From: Takakia lepidozioides
Taxonomy: Eukaryota; Plantae; Bryophyta
Assembly (NCBI GenBank): GCA_030704615.1
Contig: CM060731.1
Coordinates: 33,542,001 to 33,606,000 of the forward strand
Direction: 5' to 3'
DNA length: 64,000 nucleotides
The notes under the pieces are model-generated. The model searched no databases. It was not told where the DNA came from and saw only the letters and a program-made list of their open reading frames with translations. Below are positions 38,509 to 51,200 of this stretch, one piece after another (positions within the stretch are counted from its first letter, which is position 1; every line of letters starts with the position of its first letter). The position numbers and the translations under genes were made by a program.

Positions 38509-40134
38509 ATGGATGACACTGGAGCTCGGTGGCATGGTGAGACGGACGAGGAGATGGTGCCCGGATGGCATGCATCTGCATTTCTGTGTATCTTGGCAGC
38601 GGAAGGCCAGGTTGGACCTGCAACATGGATGACTATAGATCAAGTGTCTGAGGACCCTGAGGCCAGCAATGAGCAAGGTGGCGCCAAAGATATACATGAG
38701 GATTCAGTTGTGTTGGACTACCTCCGCACTGGAGATACTGCAGCCACTGTGACTGCCAAAGAGAGGGATCGGATCCTACAACGAGCCAAGAGGTTCAAGT
38801 GGGAGGGGACACACCTGCTCCGAGTGTGGGAGGATGGTCGAGTGAGGATTGTGCCTCACCCAACACAGCGGGCACGGTTAGTGCGGCATGCCCATGAGGA
38901 GTTGGGGCATTTTGGGGTGCGACGCACTAATAGTCTACTGCTGGGGCAGTATTGGTGGCGTGGTATGCACACAGAGGTGCAACAATTTGTGGCTAGGTGC
39001 ATGGTGTGTGACAGGGTGCGTGCTTCATTCAACGCCCCTACTCCACAATTGCACCCTCTTCCGATCATGGGATTGGGCTACAGGTGGAGTCTTGACTTCG
39101 CAGGGCCATTGCCACTGACCATGCGCCACAACAAGTACGTGTTAGTGATGGTGGAGCACTTCTCCAAGTGGATTGAGTTGGTTCCATTACCTGATAAGGC
39201 TAGTGAGGGAGCTGCGTATGCATTCTTGGATTATGTGCTTAGCCGATTCGGTGCTCCAGCTGAGGTACTCACGGACCAAGGGAGAGAGTTCTTGGGGGAG
39301 TTTCAGGCTTTGTGTGACAAGACCTTGATAGACCACCGCACCACTTCTCGGGATCATCCTGAGGCCGATGGCTTGGCAGAGAGAGTTGTTCAGACAGTAA
39401 AGAGGGGTTTGCGCAAGTATGGCTTGCAGAAGGGACACCTAGGAGATTGGGACCTTCAGTTACCCTGGTTAGCCATGGGCTACAGGTTCAGCAAGCAAGC
39501 ATCACTTGCCTCCTTCTCACCATACTTTATTCTCTTCGGCCGAGAGCCGGATTTGCCTACATCCATTCGCAGAGAAGCTGCTACAATTCTTGACCTTGAC
39601 GATCCGGACGTGTGGGCACGTGCATGTGAGCAGCGTGCAGAGTTGTTCAAGAAAGTCATGCCCATGGCTTTCGAGAACCTTGCCATTGCACAACACCGTG
39701 ATACGTTGAGGTATGCTACCATACGTGGTGGGGGCTATTGTCCTGGGGTTCGGAGATTCAACCCTGGTGACTATGTCTATCTGCAGCAGACTGCTCCTAC
39801 GACCTTGGATGTGACTGCAGGACGTGTTATTTTGAGGGTTCGAGAGGTCTTGCCCTCAGGCGTCTTGGTCTTGGAGGGCCGGGATGGCATAACTTGGAAG
39901 GACCATGTGCGTAATTGTGCACCATGTCACCTTTCGAATGTCGATGGTAGGATTGACCCAAACCTGGCAGTGGTATCTGCAGGTTTGAGGTACATGTTGT
40001 GTGGGTCTGCTAGAGGGGCAGCCACCATGCTGGTGTGTGATCGATGCTCTAGAGGTTGGCATATGGGATGCTTGACTCCACCTCTTGAGATGGTTCCGGA
40101 TGGGAATTGGTTATGTCCACAATGCATTGGATAG
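38509..40134 (+). CDS. DDE integrase with C-terminal PHD finger
   Basis: HEELGH...CMVC, WSLDFAGP, LTDQG, GLAERVVQT; YMLC...CDRCSRGWHMGCLTPPL...NWLCPQC (first Cys is Tyr). Confidence 0.92.
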   Translation: MDDTGARWHGETDEEMVPGWHASAFLCILAAEGQVGPATWMTIDQVSEDPEASNEQGGAKDIHEDSVVLDYLRTGDTAATVTAKERDRILQRAKRFKWEGTHLLRVWEDGRVRIVPHPTQRARLVRHAHEELGHFGVRRTNSLLLGQYWWRGMHTEVQQFVARCMVCDRVRASFNAPTPQLHPLPIMGLGYRWSLDFAGPLPLTMRHNKYVLVMVEHFSKWIELVPLPDKASEGAAYAFLDYVLSRFGAPAEVLTDQGREFLGEFQALCDKTLIDHRTTSRDHPEADGLAERVVQTVKRGLRKYGLQKGHLGDWDLQLPWLAMGYRFSKQASLASFSPYFILFGREPDLPTSIRREAATILDLDDPDVWARACEQRAELFKKVMPMAFENLAIAQHRDTLRYATIRGGGYCPGVRRFNPGDYVYLQQTAPTTLDVTAGRVILRVREVLPSGVLVLEGRDGITWKDHVRNCAPCHLSNVDGRIDPNLAVVSAGLRYMLCGSARGAATMLVCDRCSRGWHMGCLTPPLEMVPDGNWLCPQCIG

Positions 40135-40384
40135 TGGGAGTGGATACAACCATGGAAGGCTAACAAGAAACACAAGGCCCAGCTACTAGGAGACCTTGAA
40201 CACACGAGATCTTGGCTCAAGTTCACAGATTGCAAGACGGCGACTAACGATGGGGCTACTCTTGTACCCGGCCTCTTGGTCGATAGAATTTGAGTACAAT
40301 AGGGACAGTGATAGAGGACTTAGTACGGCTGTGGCTATTACATCTTGTAGCTATCTAGAATTAGAGGGACCTATCCACCAGCTC

Positions 40385-40393
40385 GGGGGGCGA
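40385..40393 (+). promoter_or_regulatory. Polypurine tract
   Basis: GGGGGGCGA directly before the TGTGGC start of repeat B1. Confidence 0.6.
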
Positions 40394-40916
40394 TTGTGGC
40401 AGACTACTTTATTGTGCATATATGTGTGGTGTGGTTTGGACAGCGATGTAGTTGTGTAGCGATACATATGCGCACGACAGCTGTCAAGTTAAATAAGCAC
40501 AGTGTGAAACTAACTAGAATAAAACTAGTTATTTGTATTTAACACTTGGATTTAGGTCAAGTGTTAAATCAGGTGTCAAGTTTAGTTTGACACCTGAACT
40601 GTCTTATCTTCACGAGAGCGTCAGTCGCGCAGCTCATCTCTCTTGAGTTGAGCCTGCGCGACCGAGCTCCTGCATGCGTTTAGAACTGAGTGTGTTTATG
40701 ATGGGAGGATAGGTTGTTGTGGGGTGGAGTCCCCATAGCTTGGGGTGCCCGTGGCTCGACTTCTATTTTAAAGAGTGATGGTGTTGGTTTGTGTTTCTCT
40801 TATTATTGGAGTTTAGTTCTTTCTTATCTATTGTGGCAGACTACTTTATTGTGCATATATGTGTGGTGTGGTTTGGACAGCGATGTAGTTGTGTAGCGGT
40901 ACATATGCGCACGACA
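40393..40916 (+). repeat. Terminal B1 (40393-40479) - gc - A2 (40482-40828) - B2 (40830-40916)
   Basis: B1 and B2 are 87 bp with one difference; the B1/A2 junction is the palindrome GACAGCTGTC. Confidence 0.95.
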
Positions 40917-40920
40917 TGGG

Positions 40921-43900
40921 GAACACCCAGCACTGATAGGAACGGGGGGGGGGGGGGACAGCAGGAACAAGCCAGATCGTGGCTAAACTATGGTGCCTGA
41001 GTGATGATGATGAAAGAGCCCAAAGTGTTAAGATGAGCCAAAGAAGGAGCCCCAAGTCTTGAAAGGAACCAAAAGAAGGGGCATCCTAGGGGAAGGGTAA
41101 CAGTATAACATGTCCTGAAAACAAAGAGACTATCAACGACCGAACTCTAGATGCACTTTAGATTTAGAACTGTGGGTCTTGTTGTGCTTCCAATTGATGT
41201 CTGGTGCATCCAATTCAACCGGTGACTTGCCAAGAGACGGGGAGGAGGTCGTGCCATGTAATTCGAGAGTCATCGATTCTGGAGCAGAGGATGTTGTCTT
41301 TGGCCCAGGTGGTGTCGAAATCCGCAAGCAGCTGCCGACTCATGCCTTCACTACACCTGCTGATGGTTGTTTGCAAGGACACCCAAGCCTTACGCCCCTC
41401 AGTCATTAGATCTGAATACAATTTGCAGAGGATCAGTCTGATACTGGGGTGTTTTCCCTCAAAGGTCAAAACACATCTGGCCTTCCATATTGCCCATAGC
41501 GTGTGTGCTCTAAGACAGGCCCAGATCGGGCATCCGTTCCAAGCAGCGCTTCTATGTAAATTAAGCAACAGGAGAGGAGCTGATAGGGGTGGGAGGGCCT
41601 GCCAATGGGAATAGAAGCCTGCCACTATAGTCCAAATCCTAGCAGGAAGCTGGCAGGTGAGCAAAACATGCTCCATAGTTTCATTGCAACCACAGTTGCA
41701 CATCAGACAAGCAGGGTTCTGGCCTTGAAGGTTGGCTGCCACAGGGAGGATTTTATTGGCTATCTTCCATAAGAAAGCGCTGATTTTGGTAGAACGGTGC
41801 TTTGCCCAAATATCCTTCCAGATTTGCTTCCATCTTTTTTCCGGCAAGCTGAGGTTCCATTTTCCATTCCACTTAGCCGTAAAATTAGCGTTGCCCAGCA
41901 ACAGCTTATAGCCAATCTTGACTTTGTACCCGAGGAGAGGTGTTTTCTTGACATCCATCCAGGTCCATTCTCCCGGGTCAAGTTGAAGTCTGCTAAGGGG
42001 ATAACGCAAGAACCATGTCAAGGGTGTCCTTTCGGCCCAGCAAAACTCTCCTCTAGGGGGTGGCTTGGGATCTGGTATCCCAAGCAGAGTTTCTAAAACT
42101 CTAATTCTAAAGGCGGAGTCCTGGCACATGTGCCCTTGCCCGATATGCAGTAGGGTCCCTTCAGAATCGGCAATAAATCTTAGGCCTTCCCAGTGCAATG
42201 TAGAGCTGGAGCTAGTAAGGCAAAGAATCTGTCACCTTCATAGTTGCCGAACCAGCAGGGGAGGGTGTTCTGCGAGTTGTCTCCTCATTGATCTGTATCT
42301 CCTCTCCTTGTATGTTTCTGTTGTGTGGTGCTTCCATTTCAGTAAAGGCAGAACATATGACACACCTTGCTTAATGTGCTCCCATCCGTGTCTGATAGAA
42401 TTCGCGAAAATGAGCGTGGACATGATGTTGGGATGCAGAAAGTCTCCATTTTCCCGGATATCGGCTATGTGTGAGAGTCCTTTGGATTCCCAAGTAGCCC
42501 ATTTTTTGTGAAGAGAGATGAGGAGGGCATAGTCCGGATTGTTGTTTCCAAACAACGGCTGGCAAATTGCCTCCTCAAAGCAAAGTGCCCTTCTTTGAAA
42601 CAAGTGCGGTCTGATCGACAGCCAGACAGCCCAGATAGACCTCCATGCGGCACTCCCCATGCATCTAGATTTTTCTGATCCATGGGTCAACCACCTCAGA
42701 GAAGGAGCCCAAAAGGGGGAGGTAAGAGGAGTAGAATCCACTAAGTGGGCTCTCACCAAGTTGCACCAGGGACTGTCACCATGCACAAGAGCTCTTGGTA
42801 TCCATTTGACAAGGAGGGTTTTAATCTGTAGGGAGGGATCAATGATGCCTAACCCTCCTTCTTTTTTGGGCCTACAAAGTTGCGCCCAGGGGACCAGAGC
42901 CCTCTTAGTGGGCGCTTGAGAGGAGGCACCCCAGAGAAAGTTACGCATCAGAGTTTTAATTTTCCTGACCAGCTTACAGCCCGGGGACCAAACAGAGGTA
43001 GAAAACCAGATGGAAGTCAACAAGATTTGATTGAGAAGTAAAGCTCTGCCAGCCAGGGAGAGCATGGCGGAACTCCAAAAGGCCAACTTTTTACGCAGCT
43101 TTTGTAGAATTGGCTCATACCTTTGATCCTCGGAGAGCCCGATTCCAACTTGGAAACCCAGGAGAGTATGCCCCATGCCTGGCTGGAGCCACCTGAGACC
43201 TAGCTCTTGTCCCCAAGGCGCTCCATGGTGTCTTGTGGCACTGGGGGGAAGCTCCGTAAGGAGACCCACCAATTTATTCCAATTCACCTTCAGACTAGAA
43301 GCGGAGCATAATACCTGCAGAGCTTCAACTGCTCTGATACTATTGGAGGCATCCTCGTTACTCAGCAAGAGGGTAGTGTCGTCTGCATACATAGACAGCT
43401 TAACAGGCGGGCCCTGTAGTAGATTCGTGCCTACAATATCTTGTCTAGCAGTAAGGTAGTGTCCGAGAGCATCTGCTGCTATCAAAAAGAGGTATGGGGC
43501 CAATGGGCAACCCTGCCTGACGGATTTGTGAAGATGGAAGGATTTAGATATGGTACCATTAATTGTCACTTTGCTAGAGGCAGACGTAAGGAGCAACTTC
43601 ACCCATCTCGAAAAGAAGGCTGGCAGGCCCATCTTTTCCATGACTCTATGCAGGAAGGTCCAATCGATCTTATCTAACACTTTCTCAAAGTCTAGCATGA
43701 GGATAGCCAGGGGCTGCTCAGACCTCTTGGCTTCATGCAAACCTCGTTTATAAGAAGCAGGTTGTCGAGAATCATTCTACCTCTAAGAAAACCTGTCTGT
43801 TCCGGTCTGATGACCCGGGATAGGATAGGCTGAAGTCTCGATGCCAATGCTTTGGCAATAATTTTGTAGGTGGTGTTAAGAAGAGTGATAGGACGGTAAT

Positions 43901-44650
43901 TGGATATCAGGCTCCTGTCTCCTTTCTTAAAGATTAGCGTAATGAGACCTTCAGAGAGCTGAGAGGGCATGATGCCCTTGGAGAGGATGTCCTTAGTTAA
44001 TGCCACAAAATCATCCACTATCGCAAACCATATGGCTTTGAATAATTCTACTGGCATACCGTCCAATCCTGGCATTTTGTCTGCCTTGAGAGATTGCAGG
44101 GCCTCTGCTAATTCAGTGTCCTTGAGGGGAGCATCTAGGTCATCTTTTTCTTTTGCAGAGAGGAGAGACGGGACATGCATGAGAATGATCTCAGAGGCTC
44201 GATCTGCCTCGGCAAGGGGAGTCTCTTGGAGAAGAGAGCGGCATAATGCTTTTCAGCAATGGTAGCCATTTCTTTTGGAGAGGAGCAAGAAATCCCTTTT
44301 GGGTTTTTTAGAGTGGCAATTGCCGAGGCCATTCTTCTCTGTTTGGCCTTAATAAAAAAGTATTTAGACATCTTTTCCCCTTTAAGGGACCAGTTAATCC
44401 CTGCTTTGAGCTTCAAGGCCTTCTCTTTTTCCTGCCTAAAGCTCCAGACGTTGGTTTTTGCTCTATTGTAGTTCAACATGGTGCAAGGGCCTTCATCATT
44501 GTGCTCCAAAAGTTGTTGGCAGAGGTGAAGGCATTTGAGTAGGGATTTTTCTCTCTGGGATCTAGCAAGGGGATAGGCCTGAGATAGCTCCTGAGACTTA
44601 GCCCGGACAGCTTCTAGCTTAGAAAGGAATCTGAGAGTTGGGGAATCATA
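40921..44650 (-). mobile_element. 5'-truncated L1/Tx1-type LINE (RT + zf-RVT), frameshifted
   Basis: PGLDG, NYRPITLLNTTYKI, EQTGF, LDFEK, VRQGCPLAPYLF, YADD, CLMC...ETMEHVLLTC. Confidence 0.92.
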
Positions 44651-44669
44651 ATCATTACCAGAGGAAGCG

Positions 44670-45205
44670 TACCAACTATCATCCTGAACAATATCCTGGT
44701 GGACATGTATGCAAAATGTTTTGATGTATCTGTACCAAATGCCATTCTGCACACTGCCCCGGCAGATCTGGATAAGGGCAACGAGGTCCATGGCGACATC
44801 TACAGAGCTGGAATTGTACCAGCTGTCACTTTGAACAATACCCTGGTGGACATGTATGCAAAATATGGGCGCATCGAGGATGCAAAGGAAGTGTTTGACA
44901 CTATGGTTGAACAAGACTTGGTGTTGTGGAATGCGCTGCCTGCAGGCATTGCTGTAGTTGTACCAAATGTCACTGTAAACAGTGCATTGGCAGATCTGGA
45001 AAAGGGCAAAGAGGTCCATGGCGACATCTTCAAAGCTGGAATTGTACCAACTGTCATTCTGAACAATGCCCTGGTGGGCATGTCTGCAAAATGTGAGTGC
45101 ATCGAGGATGCAAAGGGCGTGTTTGACACCATGGCTGAACGAGATGGGGGGTCGTGGAATGCGATGCTTGTAGGTTTTGCATGGCAGGGACGTGGTGTGG
45201 AGGCT
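44670..45205 (+). pseudogene. PLS-class PPR gene fragment with internal duplication
   Basis: GNEVHGDIYRAGIVP..LNNTLVDMYAKYGRIEDAKEVFDTM...WNA occurs twice plus a partial third copy. Confidence 0.8.
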
Positions 45206-48200
45206 TTGCCCGGCGCCGCTCCTACCTACCCCACCCCCTTGGCGTCCTCCCATAAACAACAAATGAATTTCCCGCTACCCCAACGTCCACTGACTTACAA
45301 GGAACCCTCTCACCTCATATCATCTCTGTGGTCGCTCCCTTCTTTCTTTCTGGTCAACTGTCCTCTGAATCCATATCCGATGAGTTCCCTCCATGATTTG
45401 CAGTTGTTGTGCTATGGACTACTCACTAATCACATGTGGCGTTCCAACCTCCTGCAGGCACAATTGCATAGAATGAGCATTCCTGAGAATTTAACTCGAG
45501 GAAAGTACAACTCTCAAGCAGGCTATTTTCCAAGCGTGGACCACTCAGCACTCTTGGTCTCCTCTCCCCAAGCTACTTGGGTACACTGGCTCTCTCGATT
45601 CCAAACAATTTTACACACTTGTTACTCTCCCCACACAATTGTACACAATGATTTTTACTCCATGCTCCTACTCAATTCTCATAAATGTTACTTCTCGAAT
45701 GACTGCCACTCGATACACTACCACTCTCTTTTTGATATTCGGAGCTACTGGCTACCTCAGGAAAATGCTACCTTTGGAAAATGCTACCTTGGGAAAATGC
45801 TACCTCGGGAAAATGCTACCTCACTCTATTGCTATCCATACTATTTCCAAACAATTCTACACCATGATCTTTTCCCTCTGTTCTCACTCAAAACAATTCT
45901 ACACCGTGATCTTCACTCTCTGTTCTCATTCAAAACAATTCTACACCGTGATCTCCACTCTCTATTCTCGTACAATGACATTTACAGAATCCATTACCGT
46001 CACTATGGTACTTGTCTCCTTTCGGAGGCATATCATCCATCTTCTATCAATTACATCCTATCACAAATCCCACCGCACCAGAGACTCTATGTGCGTGAAA
46101 CAATTGGCTCTTACAAAAATCTTCAATACTACTTTCATCCTTGTACCCCCAAACATACCACCCGCCTTCAGATCACCTTTACCCATAATCGCCACCTCAC
46201 CCAATTACAAGACTTTTCATCCGCGCCACTGTCCGAACTATCCATGGATGTCGTCCACTTATCCTCTTTCCCCCACTCTAGTTAATTATATACTCTCTAC
46301 CCACCATACACCCATATTCAATTTATACCCCCATCATGAGAGCTCATGTACAACAAACCTCCTTCATGATCCCCCAGACAAACCCACACACTAATCCACA
46401 CACACACATGCAACTAGCTCCACTAGTACCCACTATGCTAATACCAACTCTACCCCCCTCATACACTTTCTCCACAACTACCCCCCACGCACCCCCACCC
46501 CTCACCCCCTCAAAAATCCAACTTATAACCCACTGCCCACATGGACGATATCACCAGAGACCCCTTGCATCCAAACACTCCTCTCACCATCCACCATCCC
46601 ACTTTAAGTCCTATCTACTTGCCTATGAAACGCTTACACTACTTCGCTGCGGCGACATTCACCCAAACCAGGCCCCTATTCACTAGCATCATCAACAAGC
46701 TTCCAAAGGATCATAAAGACAGATATAAATTATATTTCCAAACAGACACTGTCACACTCGTGCCTATATATCATCACCTTAGTGATCACTTCTCTCTCTT
46801 TCTCCCTAACCCTCCTACCAATAACCGTAAACCCACGCACCCAATTGCCACCTTTGGGATCCTTACCTGCGAACACCCATCCCTAGTCACTGCCACCCAT
46901 AAACTTAGCACATACCTCCCACAACACCTACTACTCTCACTAATCGTTGTCATCTCTCCAATCCCCTCAATATGCAATGACTACTTTAGAACCCAACCAG
47001 ACATACACATACGTTTGCTACTACAACAACTGCATGAGCTACCCACACTACCTCACAGATACCTAGCACCCCCACACTACCTACACAATCTCCACGAATT
47101 CCTTGACCTGCTACAAGCCAAGCCCGAAGTAGTTCACAAGATTCTTGGTGAACACCTAGCGCACCCAGCTGCTACCATACTCGAGCTAGAGACTCTCACC
47201 AACAAATTCCCATTCATTTCCAAAAATATTCTCATTGCAACCCTCCACGCCAAGACATGCATCCCTGGATATCAACTCCCTCCCATGATACCGCCACCAG
47301 TCATCACACCTTGCTTGCCCAACCACACCAATGACCCACCTCCAACACCCCCTAGACCCAACAGTCCCCCACTCGCCCCCTCCTCCCCGCAAGCACACGC
47401 ACTCAACATACTCACCTGGAATGTAGGGTCACTTGCTACCAGCATTCAAAGCCTTATCCATCTAACGGACTCTACACCTCCGCATATTATTCTATTACAA
47501 GAAACTAAACTCAACACACATGGCCCTAACAGCTCTTACATCAACAATCTCCTTCCAGCCTACTATTTGCTATATGGCAGTTCCTTCACAGCCGCACAAT
47601 GCCTACTTAGACGCTCCGTGCCATATCATCCCACTCGAGGCAGAGTGGCTTTTGGTATCATTCGCACACATCACTCCCCTAGCACCACGGTCAAAATACC
47701 TGTTGCTCTCTCCCTCCGATCACACCTTCAAATCATCAAGCTACACCTCCCCGCTATCCCTCCCATTATCCTTATCCACTTGTACATGCCCTCACATGCC
47801 GATGATCTCTCCTTGATCCCTGATATTCTACTCACCATCTCTAATACACTCACACAACCCTCCAACCAATCCCAACACTACATCCTAGCAGGCGATTTCA
47901 ACATGGACATTGCCCTCATAGGCCACACATACAATGGTGTTCACAAACCTCCATCCCCCGTTGACCATGAATGGGCAAAATTCACTCACTCACACCACCT
48001 CCGTTATATACCGGCTAATCACCATTACTCCAGAAAGAATGGACTTAACTACTCATCCCTCAGTCTTCTTGATGGTTTCTACTTCAAGACACAAAATGAC
48101 ATCCCCTCATACCTCAACAGCCATGTACACATTAATAGTTTATGCAACTCAGACCATTATCCCGTCTCAGTCACCATCCCAGCATCCATCATCCCCTTTC

Positions 48201-51200
48201 GACTTATCCCACCCATACATGTTCCATCACCGCAATCTAGAATCTTATCCCCACTTCCCCACAATAACATAATCGCCTTTCTAAAACACTTCCAGCCAAC
48301 ATCCTTACACCTCATGCTAGGACTCTCTGATATACTCTCCGAAGCAAACCTCGCGCAGTCCCTTGACAAAGCATGGAATGACGCCGAGACCATACTCACG
48401 ACTTCAATGCAAGAAATGACCAAAAGTGTGATTTCCACATGCTCTGCCCCCCCTGAAATCCCACAAACTGCACGCTCAAAACAAAATGGTGGCTACCTTA
48501 TCCGTACTCAAAAACGTATATGGACATCACATCTTAACACGTACCACACGATCAAGTGTGCTCTCGCTATTATACCAACCACTACCCACATTCACCAGGG
48601 GAACAACGGGACATCGGATCCACGTATCACTTGCCTAAATACCTTAACAACGTGTCAAGCACTAATGTCACCACCCGTCAATCCCAAAGTATTCCAAAAT
48701 GGACAACTGCTCTCTCCAAAGTTGGCAGATATGCCAAAAAAACCGCTTACAATATTACCAAACAAAAAGCCGTCAATAATCACAAAAAATTCGTCTCCTC
48801 TTTTAACCAATTGTTACGCGACCACCCCAAAAAAGCTCACAAAGCCATCTTTAACCCTGCCCTCAACCCATCTATTGACTGTCTCAAACACAGACACGGC
48901 CACTTGCTAACCAATCCGGCGGACATCAACCAAGAAATATGGTCACAAACATCCTCAACATACACACCCACAGTTCCAAACTGCTTACATCCCCGTCTCC
49001 ACTCTGCCAATTGCATGTGTAAAGCTAAACACTATCTATGGCATGATATAGATAGCTTCTCGATTGACAATAGAGGATCCCCAACAGATCGTATCATAGT
49101 CTATTTACAATTGATCTTTACGAATCATGTCTCAAAAAACTATCAAAATCTAAAGCCTCGGGCCCCGATCTTATACCCAATGCTATACTTCAAGCATTAA
49201 ATCCTCACTACCTCCTTCACTACCTACTTCACTACCTCCTTTTTAATTCTTTCAACTCTGTTACAAACTAAAACGAATCCCACACTCCTGGAAACACAGC
49301 CGGACCATTCTACTTCTCAAAAAAGGCGATCCTACAAATCTCAGTAATTACAGACCCATAGCACTGGCCAACACCATATACAAGTTATTCACCAGTATGC
49401 TCACCACAATGCTATCAAGATATGGCGAGCAACACCAAATTCTCAGTGACCCCCAAGAAGGATTCCGAGCTACACGTAGTACAACATGACAAATACAATA
49501 TGTTCTCTCCGCACTTGAAGATGCTAAACTTACAAAGCAAGACATCTATCTTCTATACATCGATTTTAAAAATGCCTTCGGCTCCCTAGACCATGCCAGA
49601 TTACTTGCTATCATGCTTGATCTTGGGTACCCCACCGATGCCGTCCAACTAATAGGAAACATCTATACAAACAACACTACTGAATATTTTGGCACATACT
49701 ATGGCTCCACCCCGCCTATCCCCATCCTTCGTGGAACTATCCAGGGTGACACCTTAAGCCCCTACCTATTCATTATCTTCCTAGAACCCATACTTCGATG
49801 GCTAGCTCGAGGCAAGCTTGGCTATCACTACAAAACCTTTTCTAGTGACATCTCAGCTGCAACATATGCAGACGACCTAGCCATCCTGGCACATAAACCA
49901 CAACACCTCAACCGACAAGTTAATAAACTACTCAGATTCAACCTGTGGTCAGGCATGGAACTCAGCTTACACAAGTGCGCCATCACAGCCGCCACACATC
50001 ATAGTCGGCTCACCAAAACTGCCATAGCCTCACATTGTAAATTCTATGTACACTACCAAAACACACCCTTCCCCTTCCTAGGACCAGACGAGCCATACAC
50101 TTACTTAGGCATACAACTCGTTCCCTCCCTTATTTGGCATATCCAAAAAGAATCTACATCATCCAAACTCACTACCAAAAGTATTGCCCTGCTTAAATCC
50201 CCAATTGTCATTCGACCAAAACTATCAATCATTCAATCAGTACTACAAACACAAATTCAATATTCGTTCCACGCCGCACTCTTCTCCTTATCAGACATCA
50301 AAAAACTTGATAAAAGTATTATCCAGCTAACAAAACGTGTATGTGGTCTACCAACTAGCACCCCCAATGCCCTCACACAACTACCTACGGACCACTACGG
50401 CATTGGTTCAAGCCCATTAATCATCTTATATGCTCGCGATTATTTGCACCCAATTAAAAGAAGCACTCAATGATCCTGGGCGTCTAGGTATCATTTATCA
50501 GGGACTTCTCAAATACCTTGCATCTAAATACAATGGCATATACTCATTATCATCCCTGCACCCACAAGCCTGCCTACACTCCCCCACTGCACGCACACTA
50601 CTCATCCTGCGCCAAATGAAAATTAGCATACAAACTGATCTGCCTAACTATCCTAACACCTCATCACCCTTAGAACGCGCATGGCTGACAAGCCCTTCTC
50701 TACCACAGTTTGACATTTTTTATCCCAAACAAAAGGTTCCCATCCTCACATATTTCAAAGAACGACACATCACCACCCTCACCCAACTTACTACCGTCAC
50801 TGGCCATAGACTTTTAAAACCTAGCGAATTCACTCTTAAATTCTCCCGAGCCACGACCAAAACCAATCGCTACCTACATCATCTTCGTACCCTCTTCTGT
50901 CATCCCTCGACCGCCTGCACTCTACAATGTGACCTCCCATGCCTCTACTATCCGCATACGGCTCAAGACCTGCTCCCCCAGTACCGTTCTACCCCTACTA
51001 GCTCCATCTACCAAACACTCCAAACGGCATATGCCACCAATACCCAAACAGACATAGAATCTGATTTCCCCTCTCAAGTAACTAACATACAACACCCTGA
51101 ACCTATCCGCCACTTGCATACGTCATCCAATCCCTCACGTGCTAGGCAAGGATCCCACACCCCCCTAACCACCTCACCATCCCCCCCACCCTCACCACAA

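Larger units (their letters stand above)
28073..40916 (+). mobile_element. Ty3/gypsy retrotransposon with split direct repeats (A1...B1-A2-B2), C5-methyltransferase and PHD-integrase; frameshifted copy
   Basis: Termini TGTC...GACA, flanking TGGG duplication, domain order gag-PR-MTase-RT-RNH-INT-PHD. Confidence 0.92.

Noticed and set aside
28073-40916. Classification as a DIRS/Ngaro tyrosine-recombinase element
   Set aside because: Encodes an aspartic protease and a DDE integrase, has a TSD, and no YR motif was recognised
44699-46285. 528-aa ORF as a real protein
   Set aside because: Chimeric read-through from the PPR relic into the repeat-rich LINE 5' region
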